A stretch of DNA of 64,000 nucleotides from Octopus vulgaris. Lineage: Eukaryota. Each line of letters starts with the position of its first letter. Within the stretch, counting starts at the first letter, position 1. The DNA lies in NCBI GenBank assembly GCA_951406725.2, contig OX597821.1, positions 42,222,001-42,286,000 of the forward strand, given 5' to 3'. This document shows positions 37,773 through 51,405 of this stretch, piece by piece. The position numbers and the translations under genes are program-made. The notes below the pieces were generated by a model, which searched no databases, was not told where the DNA came from, and saw nothing but the letters and a program-made list of their open reading frames with translations.

Positions 37773-40469
37773 CTCTAGAGTAAGTTAGGTTGAAAAAAGA
37801 AAAACAGAAACATCTCTTGGCTACTTTTTGTAATAGCATCTGGCTCTAGAAACAATTGTTTTAAAATTCCTCCCACACACCCAGCTTTCTACTCATACTC
37901 ACATTAAAAAAATGTTTACATATACACACAATGACATGATTAGTATTAGATAACATTTAACATTTTTGGGTAATTATCAAAATAATTTACAGCAGATAAA
38001 TAGTTTTTGCTGCAAAACAAATTTGTAGGTAATGGGTGTTGTTGATTGTAGTGACCTCATAAAAACCCTTTGTGGTTGTTCAACTTGCAAGAAATAGCAG
38101 CTAAATTCCTTCAAATCTCATCTTCACAAAGGAAGGATACATTAGATAATTTGGTTCATGTTTGTGTTTGTCTTGTAATGTATTTTGACTAGTAGAAATG
38201 AATACAATCTAAGGTAAGTATTAGGATTGATATGATCGACTAAAATCCCTCAAAGGTAGTACTCCAATATGGCCAGCAGTCCACTGAGTGTAATCAGTAA
38301 AAGATTGATATGTAACTCTATAAAGTGGTTGGCATTTGGAATGTCATCCAGCCATAGAAACCATGCTAAAACTGATGTGTCTGGGTGAAATGGAGTCCTC
38401 TGACCTATGTATGTGGGCAGTAACTCTGAATAACATCCGACTTGACTGGGTCAACCTGACCATTTCATGCCAGTATAGAAAATGAATGTGAAATGAAAAT
38501 GTTGACACACATATGGTATATGGACAGTTGATTGAAGTAAAAATTAATTTCTTTAATCAATTATTGATTGAATGAAGTGATTTAAACAAATTATAATAAA
38601 TGAAAAAAAATTTTTATAAAATGGTTATATTATAGTTTGTGTTTAGTTTAAAATTGTTATATTTTTAGATTGTAAGCATAAACATTACACACATACACAC
38701 AATATATGCAGTGGCCCATAACGTTAGATCACAATGCTTTTATATAATGTTGTTGAACTGCTAATGTCACTGTACAGTAAAAACATTGACGTTGCTTTCA
38801 GATATGGATTCACAGATTTTTTTACCAGCTATTGGGAAAACCAAACTTCAGTCATTAAATTAAATCAATTTTCACACTGGCTAGCACAGTTATACACTAA
38901 CATAATATATGACATTTTAATGAAATAATTATTTTATCAAAACATGACTTATAACCTTTTTCTTTTAACCTATTTTCTGTATTTCAGAATTTTGCTGTAC
39001 TTTGATTAATTATTGATTGTAGCAACTGTTATTTTAAGTGTCTTTTTTTTTAATAACTCTTTCTGATAGAACTACATCTAGGTTTCCCTTTTTAGGTGAA
39101 ACTTGATGGTAATTTTGTCCTCATTCTTGATCACTCTCTCTCCTTCCCTTGCTCTTACCTCTGGCTAGGTAACTTTGTATCTCCTTTACAGCAGCACACC
39201 TCTTTCTTGTTAACTCCCACTTTCTCTTTAAGTAACTGTTTCTACCCTCATTCTTGTTAACTCTTGCTCGCTTTCTCTCCCTCTTGTTGGGTAACCATGT
39301 ACCACCTCTACAGCAAGACCTCTGTTTCTGCCTCTCTGTCACACTCTAATCTTTCATCATCTGACACAAGATCACCTCCAATACCACTTCCCCTCTCAAA
39401 GACTCTTTGCCTTGCAAAGTCACTTGGTGACCCTGCCAATGCAGGTACCACTTAGAAAGTACCCAGTTCACACTGAAAAGTGGTTGGCATTTGGAAGGGC
39501 ATCTAGCTGTAAAAATCATGCCAAAATTGACCTGTGTGTGCAATGTAAAAAGCACTCAACCCACTCTATGGAGTACTTGGTGTTAGGAAGGGCATCCAAT
39601 CGTAAAAGCCATGCCAAAACATGCACATGCAAGCTCCTGCCTGGCCAGCTCCTGTCAAACTTTCCAACCCATGCCAGCATGGAAGGAGGACGTTAAATGA
39701 TGATGTTTGATGTGAAGCCTTACATTTTGTAGGAAGATGAGTAGATTTAATGACTGTAGCATACAACTGATCTTTTATTGAGTTTTATAAGTCAAATGTA
39801 AATGGTTCACTATTGGTTTTGATAATGAGCAAACAGTTGTTTGATGAAGTGAATTATCCGCTCATTAAATTAGCATGTAAGTGACTGAGTCTGCTACAAT
39901 ATTAAGTTGATGTTTCATATAGAGTTTCTGGTCTGAGGCTTAATACTTCACTAATGGTGTTAGATATTTGATTGTCTTGTTTAAAGTTTTTCCTTTCAGT
40001 ATTATTTATATCTATGTTGCTGTACTTGTAAAAGTATTGGTGTCTTTATGGTTTCTCCCACACAGTATTCATGGTGTTAAATGTATTTATATAATGGTGT
40101 GTCTTGTATACAGTTTTCCATGCAATACCAATGGTATTCAGTGTATTTATATAAAGTAGTGTTGTATTTTGTCTAAAATATCCCATGCAACATTAATGGT
40201 GTTCATCATCATTTGTATGTCTGCTTTTCCATGCTTGCATCGGTCCTTTCCAGCATTTCCAACAGTATGTTGCCATTTGTTGAGTTTCCTTTTTCTATTT
40301 TGTTTGTGCGATTCAACATCAGCTTTTATCATTATTTCTGTCTGTCTTCCTCTTCTACTTGGGTATCCTGGCATTTCTTTAACCCATCTGTTGTCCTTCA
40401 TATGCATCACATGTCCATGTTAATGTAAACTACATTTGTGTACACTATAGCTGATTCGTTTTAGTTTAA

Positions 40470-40689
40470 CCCTTTAGTGTTCAGATTACTCTGTTAAATG
40501 TAATACTTTTTCACTCAAATTGTTTTGAATTAATCTGGCATTATCTTATAGCTTTGAGGTTTCAATGATGTGATTGTTTAGTTTTAGAATGTCAATGTAT
40601 GTTAGGTGTGAGAGGCTAGATATGGCCTATTTGAATATAAAACATTTAGAATATCTGGGCCAGATATGGCCAGTTTAAACACTAAAGGG
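40470..40689. mobile_element. piggyBac-like MITE inserted in an RTE fragment
   Basis: TTAA|CCCTTTAGTGTT...AACACTAAAGGG|TTAA. A related truncated copy lies at about 32361-32563. Confidence 0.85.
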
Positions 40690-40948
40690 TTAATCTCTCA
40701 GCTCAGTTGTATCCCATCATTCATGTAGACTAACTTTACACATCTAGCAGGGCATGCTTGCTTCATTAGTCTCTGACCTATGCACACAAGTATCATACAA
40801 TCTATTGTTTGCAAGATATTTTCTTGCTATGTATCAACAAGGTGAGAAGTACATGACTGATATCAGTTAATGCAGTTGTTTTAATAAAAACTTCAGCTAT
40901 CTTTTATAAATATTTTGTCATTAATTGCTTTTGTGTTTTGTCTCACAG

Positions 40949-41034
40949 TTTCTGACGTCTCCATGCCTGATGCTCTTGGTCATGCTGTTGGTGTAGAACG
41001 GTTTGAATTGTTGGCAAAACTTGCAGGAAATGAG
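40949..41034 (+). CDS. COX5B: COX5B coding exon 2
   Basis: Acceptor ttttgtctcacag and donor GAG|gtaaca. Encodes (V)SDVSMPDALGHAVGVERFELLAKLAGNE, matching the COX5B P-D-x-x-x-H/Q-A-x-G-x-E-R-x-E motif. Confidence 0.95.
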
Positions 41035-42941
41035 GTAACAAAAACATATTTTTAAATAATTAATTCCTGTTCCATTTCACCAGGTAAATGCTCTAATGTG
41101 ATTAAAGTCACCTCTTAATTTACTATATTCATCCTGTCAATTCAAACTTGATGGCCTTTGTGCGATTGCATAGAGGTGGGTGCATAGGTCTTCCAGCATT
41201 AGTAGCACTGTTAGGATGGTTAAATTGACAAGAACATTAGAACATTGTTTTCTCTTGAATTTGTCTGGAAGTTTAATAAATAAAGTACCAATCAAGTGCT
41301 GGCATCAGTGTTATCGACTAACCCCCTCCCCTCAAAATTATTAACAGCATTATTAACAATCATTAGAGCACTGAAAAATGTTTTACAGTATTTAATCTGG
41401 CTCTTACATTCCAAATTCAAATCCTACCAAAGTCAACTTTGCCTTTTGTCCCTTGGAGGTAGGTAGGAATGTGTCAAAATAAAATATCAGTCAAGTATTG
41501 GCATGGATGTTATTGACTAACCCCTTTCTCTCAAAATTGCTGGTCTTGTGCCTAAATTAGAAACAATTGTTATACTATTGACACTTTTGGTTGAATGAAA
41601 TGTAGGTCTCTGGATTAATCTTGTACATTGTACCTTGCATAAATTTTCTTAACCCTTACTTCAGTTAGATGGATGATTATGGAAACATTTTCCATTTATT
41701 TTCCTTGACAGAATATGAAAATATTGTGAAGTAAGCTTCAGCGGATCTCTATATGGTTGCTTAATTTTCTAGAAATAGCTGCCAAATTTCTTTTAAAATC
41801 ACACCAACCATCTTCAAAAATGGAGGCATGCATTGGATAACATAAATCCTGAATGTATAAAAAGGTGCCTATCTTTGGTCATAAGTCTGCTTGATCAGGA
41901 TTAACCCGAGGATAAACTTGCAGCATTCTTTAAAATCAAATATACACCAGAAAATATTTTTCTGTATCAAGGCTGCTGAGGCTGTACTCATAAATGATGT
42001 ACAATAAATGGACTACAGTTTCATTACAGTTATACAGTTAAAATTCTTGTACTTGTATTGCAAACACCAGCCATGTTTTGGTATGTGCAAGATAACCTTT
42101 GGACAATTTTTTTCTTCTCTGTTGTCGTCTACCACATTTATTCTTTATTCTTTTGAATGGACAGGCTACTCCTATCTCTAAACATTTTTGTCACTCTTCT
42201 TTCACACTCTCATGAACTTACCCACCCATCCTTCCTGATCTTCTGTCCATACTCTCTTATATTCAGTTGAGAGTACACTCTAAAACTTTGTCCCAATCTT
42301 TGTCTTCCTTCCAACTGCTTTTACCCACCCTCATAATGCAGGGTAGTCATATATTTCCACTATAACAAGCTACCTGTGCCTGACCCTCTATCATACCTTA
42401 GTATTTCACCACCTGCCATAAAGCTGCTTCCCTCTCTACTATAACTCCATTCAATCAAAGGATCTCAAACATGTTGGTGCTGGTATCACAGGAAAATGTG
42501 CCCAGTATACTAAAGTGGTTCACATTAGGAAGGGTATCAGGTCATAGAAACCATGCCAAAGCTGGCATTGGAGTTTGATGCAACTTACTGGATCCTGTCA
42601 AATCGTCCAACCTGTGCCAATATGGAAGAAGGACTTTAGATAATGATGATCAGAATAGGCTAACACTTTTGCTACCTGCCTGACCTGTGCCATTTAGACT
42701 CCATTAATTAATCTGATGGCTAATTTACTGTCACACTAATAAATTTTTAACTCGTTTCAGTCATTAAACTGCAGCCATGCTAGGGCACCACCTTGAAGGG
42801 TTTTAGTTGAACAAATTGATCCCAAGATTTATTTTTTAAAGTCTAGTACTTATTCTGTCGGCCTTTTTTGCCAAACTGCTAAGGATGTAAATACAGAGAC
42901 TCACAAATAGATATATGCATGCATATATGTGTATATATATA

Positions 42942-43012
<71 letters not shown>

Positions 43013-43824
43013 GACGGGCTTCTTTCAGTTTCTGTCTACTAAATCCACTCAGGGATTTAGTCAGCCTGAAGCTATAGTTGAAGACACTAACTCAAGGTGT
43101 CATGCAGTGGGACTGAACCTGAAACTATGTGGTTGGGAAGCAAGCTTCTTACCACAAAGCCAGACCTGTGACTAATTGTATATGCTTATATTTTTTTATT
43201 CTGTTATGGCTTCAGTCGTTTGAATGTGCTCTGTTGTGATTCTACCTTCATGGTTTTTGATCACTCCTATTGACTCCAGTACTTATTTCAGTTGGGTACT
43301 CCTGTTAATCTCTGTTTATTGGACTGCCAAATTTGAGGACACAATGGAATGCAATGTAATCACAGCAGCAGTTTCTAATTAGTACAAACACACACACACA
43401 CACACACACATGGATGTATGTGTGTTGGTGTGAAGAAGTGTATCTAGCCATAGAAACCAACCCAAAATTGAGGCACTAGAGCAAGACATGGTCTTCTAAC
43501 CTCTCGGATCCTGTCAAAGCATCCAGACCATGGCAGCATGGAAAGTGGATTGTCATAAAATAATGTTGATGACGTGTGTGTGTGTGTGTGTATGCATACA
43601 CACACACATACCGTTTTTCCAAGTGTGAAATGGAATGGATTTGGATTTTGCTAGTCAGGTAATCTAGTGTATGCAGAGTGGTGTATCTTGGTCAGTACAT
43701 TAGCTCCTGTGCCACACAGCCAATGAATGAAGGAACCTGTACTTACTAGAAATAACAGCTAAATATCCCTCAAATTACACTGCCATCTTAAAAAATTGAA
43801 GAACACAGAACAGTGTTGTCCTAG

Positions 43825-44165
43825 ATATCTATCCGCTCAGTCGAAGTCGACTCTCGGTTACTCGATGGATCAGTGTCCTCCAGCCAGTTCTATCCTGGGC
43901 CGCTTCTTTCAGATTGGCCATGTCCATTCCCGTATCATCCTTGATGGTGTCAAGCCAGCGGGTTCTTGGTCGGCCTCTTCCTCTCTTGCCACTGACCATT
44001 CCAAGCATGATCTCCTTCTCCAGGGATTTTCTCCGCATATGACCAAAATATGTCAATCTATGCTTGGTGATCCTAGTTTCTAGCGACAGTTTCGGCTTGA
44101 TCTGTTTAAGAACTTCTCCATTGGTGAGCCTCGCTGTCCATGGAATCCGTAAAAGTCTTCTTCAA
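43825..44165 (-). mobile_element. RTE/BovB-like LINE 3' fragment (second RTE family)
   Basis: YFGHMRRKSLEKEIMLGMVSGKRGRGRPRTRWLDTIKDD...AAQDRTGWR...VTESRLRL. Confidence 0.85.
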
Positions 44166-44672
44166 CACAAAATAATAATAATACAAACAACTAGATGGTG
44201 ACACTGACATAAGACTACCTGAAAACAGTGTGGAGTCGTTCAAAGCCAGAAGCCTTTGATTACAGATCTGCTTTTATTAAAGCAAACCTGACTGGAACTC
44301 ATTTTGTCTGAGTTATGTCCCTTGCTGACGCTCATCTTAGCAGCAAGCTTTTCAACTTGTATGCAGTCAGTGTTTTAGTATCATAGCCTTACAACTGTTG
44401 ATGTCTCTAGAAAAGAATTTAGAATAAATTGAAAAGAAAAGAAAAAAATGCCGGAATTAATTGTGAGAAAACCACAATTGCTGTTACACGAGTCTGCAAA
44501 AATTGGATGAACAGTAACGATTTTCAGTTGCTAAAAACTCGTCTTTCAAAGATATTCGAAACACAGCTTGATATCCCAATAAATATATAGGTATTTTTGC
44601 TAAACCCATCCAAATCCTTTATTATTTTGAAAATTATTTGAACCGTATAAAACAATTCTTACAACTGAAGTC

Positions 44673-45437
44673 GGATCTTTTCCTTTTCAACGACATATGT
44701 CAACACAATTTCTAGTTAACTAAACACTTTTAAACTTCGTACACTGGTAGAATGTGTTTATAAAACATCATTTTTTCTTAGCTTTATTGAGAAAATTCTA
44801 TATGTTGTAACATATTTCCACTTTAAAATCGAGCATTTCGGCAATTTTAACCAATCAAATACGTCCATTCAGGGTGAAAACATTCCGTGCTGTATGAATA
44901 TGCCCCTCGTTTAAGAAACAGATTGGGTTTATTTACATTTGTGAAGATAAAAGGATACCGTTCTCCCACCCCTAACCCTAATTCTAAACCTAACCCTAAA
45001 ATAGATTGATACTAGGGTTATAATTATGGGTGACATTTTCATTTGACACCGCTAGAAAAAAATCCCTTTTTCCGTAGCGGTGTCAAATGAAAATGTCACC
45101 CATAATTATAACCCTAGTATCAATCTATTGCATTTCAATCTATTTTAGGGTTAGGGGTGGGGGAACGGTATCTTTTTTTCTTCGCAATCTGTTTCTTAAA
45201 CGAGGGGCATATTCATACAGCACGGAATGTTTTCACCCTGAATGGACGTATTTGATTGGTTAAAATTGCCGAAATGCTCGATTTTAAAGTGGAAATATGT
45301 TACAACATATAGAATTTTCTCAATAAAGCCAAGAAAAAATGATGTTTTATAAACACATTCTACCAGTATACGAAGTTTAAAAGTGATTAGTTAACTAGAA
45401 ATTGTGTTGAAATATGTCGTTCAAAAGGAAAAGATCC
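44673..45437. mobile_element. 765-bp foldback MITE (Merlin-like, 8-bp TSD)
   Basis: GGATCTTTTCC...GGAAAAGATCC termini, CTGAAGTC duplicated at 44665 and 45438, and near-identical inverted arms of 360-380 bp around a short spacer at about 45055-45074. Confidence 0.92.
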
Positions 45438-45775
45438 CTGAAGTCATAAGAGAGTTAAAGCAATATTCACACCAAAAGTGAGTATACATACACACGTGTA
45501 TGTAAATATGTATACAGATTGTAAAACATGGGCAAATTAAAAAAAAGAACTCAGTACCATTTGTTAGAGTAAATATTTAATGTTCAGGTTTATAATCTCA
45601 GGTTGTAGTTTTCCATCTGAGTTTGTCCTTATCTTTGGACATTCACAAGCTTCCGGTTTATTTTCAGTTACATACGTACACTCGTACATGTACACACATC
45701 TATATGAAAACAGTAGAATTTGAAAAGAGGGAAATAATTCAATATAACTTGTAATCTTTCAAGTATATATACACA

Positions 45776-46646
45776 CTAGCAGAATTGCCCGGTGATGCTT
45801 GGGGCTGAATTTCTTGAAAGTACTGTTAATGATTGCACTGAATTATGATGATTATTCAGGCAAAATTGATATAAGTTTACGGTGGGAGATAAGGACTTAA
45901 CGATCAAACGTGTGCCATTGCATTGTTTTGGGGGAACCAAATTTCTAATGAGCATTATAGGGGCACCAACTTTAAGTTTGAGAATGTGTGGTGGTAGTCC
46001 GGGGGCTCAAAGGAATTGAGTACCTCTATTGGATAGTTGATGACGTCCTCTGGGTCAGGAGTTGTATCGATAGACTTATATACATAGACATCCCCAGGAA
46101 TGATTTTTAGCATTTCATCATTAATATGGTGAACAGTTTTATTCCTCGGGGCCAGAATAGCCCTTTGGCCAATGCAATCCGTATTCTGATAATTAGCTTG
46201 TAGATCTGGGAACACTGCATCTCTGAGATCAGAAGGCGTTTTAACAATGGTACAAATGGAATCGATGACAATATTACCATTTTCATCCTCTGGTATTTTG
46301 CCTTCGCCAAGTTGAGAGTTAAAAAGGTCGAGTTGCGTCCCCTAGACAGTCTGTACCAGGAATAGCTGGATATTGATGGAGTTGAGAGTTAAAAAGGTCG
46401 AGTTGCGTCCCCTAGACAGTCTGTGGTTTGTGTTTCTGATTCTCGACCCCATGTCGAATTTATCGATTTTTTTTCAGAACTGGGGGAACTTTTCAAAATT
46501 TCCGCTGCGTTAGTTTTGAATTATGACATTGGGCTATGTGTGTGTCAAGTTTCGTCAGAATCGGTTGAAAGCCGTGGTCAGGGTGAGGGTACAACCTAAC
46601 AGACACACACACAAACAAACTGCCGTTTATATAGAGAGAGAAGAGA
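45776..46646 (-). mobile_element. Internally deleted Helitron carrying a PIF1-like helicase fragment
   Basis: A|TC...CTAG|T termini with subterminal GC-rich hairpin. RAILAPRNKTVHHIN...[12 protein letters not shown] helicase motif. Internal ~45-bp duplication at about 46310 and 46380. Confidence 0.85.
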
Positions 46647-46780
46647 TACATAGTTAAATATTGTGCCAAGGGGAAGAACTTAATGTCTACATATCCATCT
46701 CTTGGCATGGAGCATGTCTCAAAAGTGACATGTTATGCAGATATAGAGGTGTGTGTGTGAATACATACTAATATACATGT

Positions 46781-47068
46781 GCTTGAGAAGATCTATTGTG
46801 TCAAGTGAAATCGTAGTCGTGGCCGATGCCAGTGCTGCCTGACTAGCAAGTAAAAAGCACCATTTGAGCGTGGTCGCTGCCAGTGCCGCCTGACTGACCT
46901 CCGTGCCGGTGGCACATAAAAAGCACCCCCTACACTCGGAGTGGTTGACGTTAGGAAGGGCTTCAGGCTGTAGGAGCCTGGTGCAACCTCCTGGCTTGGA
47001 ACTCTGCAGTCAAACCGTCCAACCCATGCCAGCATGGAAAGCGGACGTTAAAAGATGATGATAATGAT
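46781..47068 (+). mobile_element. RTE 3'-end copy upstream of COX5B exon 3
   Basis: Ends AACCCATGCCAGCATGGAAAGCGGACGTTAAAA(GAT)n. Confidence 0.85.
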
Positions 47069-47270
47069 ACATGTATGTGTATAATTGTTTTCTCTGCTTG
47101 CATAATGTGATTCACATTACTGTGCGACTGTCTAATATATAATTTGTATGTGATGTGTATGTATATATATATGTTGCCTCAGGTTATAGTCACAACTATA
47201 TGGCTGAAATCAATCTCAACAATGTGTATCATCCCTACATATTTGGCATCTGTCTCATTTTCCATTGTAG

Positions 47271-47370
47271 GATCCTTTTGAAATGAATGTAAAGAAAAGG
47301 GGAAAAGGCACTTCTGGTGAACCCAACCTTGTACCATCACTATTTGATATGCGGCTTATTGGATGTATAT
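47271..47370 (+). CDS. COX5B: COX5B coding exon 3
   Basis: Acceptor ttttccattgtag and donor T|gtaagt; 100 nt. Encodes DPFEMNVKKRGKGTSGEPNLVPSLFDMRLIGCI, with the DPF, GT, PNLVPS and R-x-x-GCIC motifs of COX5B. Confidence 0.97.
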
Positions 47371-48074
47371 GTAAGTAAAGCTTTTTAATTATTTTTTTTT
47401 CCATATGCATTGTTTCAATTAACTGACAATTATAACAGCGGGTAAAGCCTTTCCTTTCTCATCAATGTTAATCCACCCAATTTAATCCAAAATGTTTATC
47501 CCTCCAGTTTAACAAGTGTAACATTTAAGTAAAAAAAAAATTTCTAAGTATCAAATTTATAATGGCCAGTCTTGTTGCTGAAGTTAAGAATTATTGTATG
47601 TGATTAATAAGAAATTACAGGACATGCACAACCAAATATACAAACCAACTTTGTGTCTGTGTAAGACATTACACCACACAGGCTGGTGTGAGCACATTCA
47701 CCATGTATTCTTGTAAACTTGTTAAACAAGTTTGAAATCATGATGCTCCAGTTTCAGCTCCCATATTCTCATTAATTCCCCCAAACTAATCTTTACTGTG
47801 AAATAATAAAGTATGTTTACTTTCATTCTGTGAGTATTTATATAATGTAACCTAATCTATTATCTTCACACTATTATTTTCTGTCTTTGTTACATAGAGA
47901 ACCCTAATCCACTGTTTTCACACATGTAGTCATTCTAATACATATTGAAGCTTCATTATTTCAACAGCAATTCTGTGTTTTTTGTTTAACAGTGTTGCTT
48001 CAAAATCAGTAATGTCTGACTAAATACCTTGTGGTATTTAGTTACAATCCTGTGAGTCTTACATTTGAATTTGG

Positions 48075-48397
48075 ATCATCATCAGCATCGTTTAACGTCC
48101 GTTCTCCATGCTAGCATGGGTTGGATGGTTCAACCGGGGATCTGGGAAGCCAGAAGGCTGCACCAGGCTCCAGTCTGATCTGGCAGTGTTTCTACAGCTG
48201 GATGCCCTTCCTAATGCCAACCACTCCGTGAGTGTAGTGGGTGCTTTTTACGTGCCACTGGCACAGGTGCCAGGCGAGGCTGGCAACGGCCACGATCGGA
48301 TTGGTGCATTTTACGTGCCACCAGCACGGAAGCCTGTCAAGGCGGCACTGGCATCGGCCACAATTCGGATGGTGCTTTTTACGTGCCACCAGCACAG
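48075..48397 (-). mobile_element. RTE 3'-end copy downstream of COX5B exon 3
   Basis: Begins (ATC)n...TTTAACGTCCGTTCTCCATGCTAGCATGGGTTGG, the reverse complement of the family tail. Confidence 0.85.
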
Positions 48398-49011
48398 GAT
48401 AAAGTCAGCATTTCCTTTATCTTTTTCTGAAATGATTGAAATATTATAAATACTTTCCTACAAACACTGGCTGATATACTCGTGTGTTTCCCTCCTTCCT
48501 ATATGTTACTCCCTTCTTGTTTACCTGCCTAATTTTCTAGTTAGAAAAGCAGGAACAACACCATTTGTGGCACTGAACTACAACATTCCATATTAATTAG
48601 TCAAACCAAAGTGGGGCTCCTTACTATGTTGTACATTAGTAGGCCATCCTATCCTACTGTTGCTAAGTAACTGATAAATAATTTACAGGAGGTAATGCAG
48701 TAAAATTGAGAAAGCTGTAATACTTTATATCTCCAAAAATTGAGATAGAAGGTAGCATAATCTGTAACACAAACTACCTGGTAAGCAATGGTTAAATGGT
48801 TCAAGTCATGTCAGTGAACCAGTTGCTCTTTACTGTTTCAGATTCATAGTTATAATGTCTGATATCATTAGTGTGTGTGTATATATATAGCATGTGTGTA
48901 TATATAATAATAATATTAGGGAGTATAACTCCAAACTTACAGGGAAAAATTCAATTTAGTATTAAATCAAATTTCACAGTATATATATAAAATATGAATT
49001 AGAGATAAAAC

Positions 49012-49042
<31 letters not shown>

Positions 49043-49614
49043 TATATTAATTATAAATATTATTTGTTATTTATGTATTGGTTTATTTCTATCACTGTTT
49101 GAGTTGCATAATAGTGGTTTTATCTCTAATTAATATTTTATATATATATATGGGTTATACTGCTAGTATATATATATATGTGTGGTTGGTGGAGATTCTT
49201 GCCTGTATTGCTGTCTCTCAGTCCATCGTGAAAGGATATCAAGGCCTCCTGAGATGTCTTAATATGTTGTGCAATCTTTGCAAACAAAAGTCTCCTTGAG
49301 CAGTGTTGTTTGTTTTCAGTTCCTCCCATAAAACATGTCCAGACTGTTGGCTGTTGAATAGATTGGAAGATTACTGAGGGTTGGGGACAGGAAAGCCATC
49401 TGACATAGAAAAACTGCTTCACTGTACTCTTAACTGGCCCATGCTTCATGGGGAAATAGCTCAAATGATGACTGTGTCCCTGTGTATACCTATAGCCTTT
49501 AAGTTCGTTTATGGCCCCTATTCTGTTATGCTAGCTACAGCCTAATGATGCCAACTGGCAATACCAGTTTTTTGAGGTTGCACCAAGCTGTGGTGATTAT
49601 AATGTAGGATAAAT

Positions 49615-49882
49615 GTAGTAATAACAACAATAATAATCCTTTGATGGAACGATTTTAATGCATTATGTGCATTTCTACAAATTACATGTTTCTTAAGATC
49701 ATAGTCCTGGGATGATTTGAATGCATGAACATGATCTAACTGATGTCCATGAATACTATGGACTGCGCTGTAATCATCCTAGGAATACGGACTATAATCT
49801 TAAGAAATATATCATTTGTGGAAACGCATGTAGCGATGCATTAGAATATTTATAAATTCTATACAAGGATTATTATTACTAT
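49615..49882. repeat. Diverged foldback / MITE-like element
   Basis: TAATAATCCTT / AAGGATTATTA ends, and internal TTTCTTAAGATCATAGTCC / GGACTATAATCTTAAGAAA inverted blocks. Confidence 0.6.
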
Positions 49883-49891
49883 ATATATATA

Positions 49892-50447
49892 CTAGCAGTA
49901 TCGCCCGGCATTGCTCGGGTTTGTAAGGGAAATAACTATATAAGCATTTTTAGAGAGTTACAGCCAAAAAATAGCCAAAAAAATGCATTAAAAATGGAAA
50001 AAAAATTATGGTAAATATATTTTTAAATCGTTGACTCATCGTAGACATTTTCTGTTTTGGTGTCTTCAAGCCATGAAGTCGTTGTTCTAAAAGAACGCTG
50101 GTCTCCTTGACAACGCTTTACGACGTTGATTTCCTTACACTCCCTTCCCCACAGCTTCACGAGGGAGGGGAGAAGCAACACAGGTGCAGGCGTGAGCGTG
50201 GACGCCAACTCCGCCGCCATCGACACACGAAAAAATATGCATTAAAATGGAATAAAAAATTATGTTAAATTATTTTTTAAATCGTAGACTCATCGTAGAC
50301 GCGCGCTAATACCCAGACGGGCTCGATATGAATCATGACTATAAGATACCCAGTTTTGGTTAAACTGTACTGCAAAATGTGGGAGTAGTTAGGAATCTAA
50401 ATCAAAGGGGACAGACACTCACACAACTACAGTTTTATATATATAGA
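49892..50447 (-). mobile_element. Non-autonomous Helitron
   Basis: A|TC...ACCCGAGCAATGCCGGGCGATACTGCTAG|T on the minus strand, inserted in (TA)n, with an internal direct repeat. Confidence 0.8.
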
Positions 50448-51292
50448 TATATATACACACACACTCATAAGTAGGAACAGATATGGTGTTTAACAGATTA
50501 ACCCTCTATATCAGTATTTCTCTAAGTAGGAGATGTATTCTTCAGATTGGTGCATAAGTAAGGGACAAGTAAATAAAACTTGTATACCTATATATATATC
50601 TACTTTGTCGTTTCATGATGAGGTACATTTGTTTTTTTGAATATCAAAGTTGGGCATGGCACAAAAAGATAGAGAAACACTACTCTATATGTTTCATGTA
50701 AAGGATTTTAAAATTAATGGAATTGGCATCCCTCTCTGGAAAAATGTGCATGTATACCTCTATAAATCAATATGTACATACACAACACTCGACTATTCAC
50801 ACAATGCCTGGCAACTAAGGTTAAGGCAGTAGTAACAATCTGTGGTGAAAAATCACTACTGTTTGACTCTTATTAAGAAATGTGGAGACAGCAGTAGGCC
50901 TGTTGTCACCACACACCTACTGTCAAATCATTTATTGCTTTAATAAATGTTATATTTTTCATTCAGTCATCACTCATTGGCCAGTCACATTGAATATCCT
51001 GTACCAATTGTCATCAATCCTATACACTTCCTCTCAGACACTTGCTATCTATCAGATCACTTGAGCTCTGCCTCCATACAACTTAACATTTCATATACAA
51101 CACGTTTTCCTTTTTTTCTCATTAGCCTTGACAGATCTTCCTTATTCACTACGTTTACTGTTTTAACACATGGCACTACACTTCCTCCGTATGCTACATT
51201 TCTGCTGTTTGAGAGACTCCGGCATACAATATTCAGATGTTGTCTCCCTCTCACTCTCTCGCACACTAATATATATTCCATTATCATTTCAG

Positions 51293-51405
51293 GTGAAGAG
51301 GAATCATTAGTTATACATTGGATGCATCTGTATAAGGGAGAGCCGAAACGATGTCAATGCGGGTATTGGTTTAAATTATCAGAAATGAAGCCTATTGAGT
51401 ATTGA
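51293..51405 (+). CDS. COX5B: COX5B coding exon 4 (terminal)
   Basis: Acceptor atcatttcag. Encodes (C)EEESLVIHWMHLYKGEPKRCQCGYWFKLSEMKPIEY*, completing the four zinc-ligand cysteines (CIC...CQC). Total CDS 423 nt = 140 aa. Confidence 0.97.

Noticed and set aside
44968-45000. Interstitial telomere (CCCTAA units)
   Set aside because: Only a few degenerate units, internal to the MITE family.
50947-51292. N-terminal part of the 152-aa ORF
   Set aside because: Intronic read-through upstream of the COX5B exon 4 acceptor at 51292.
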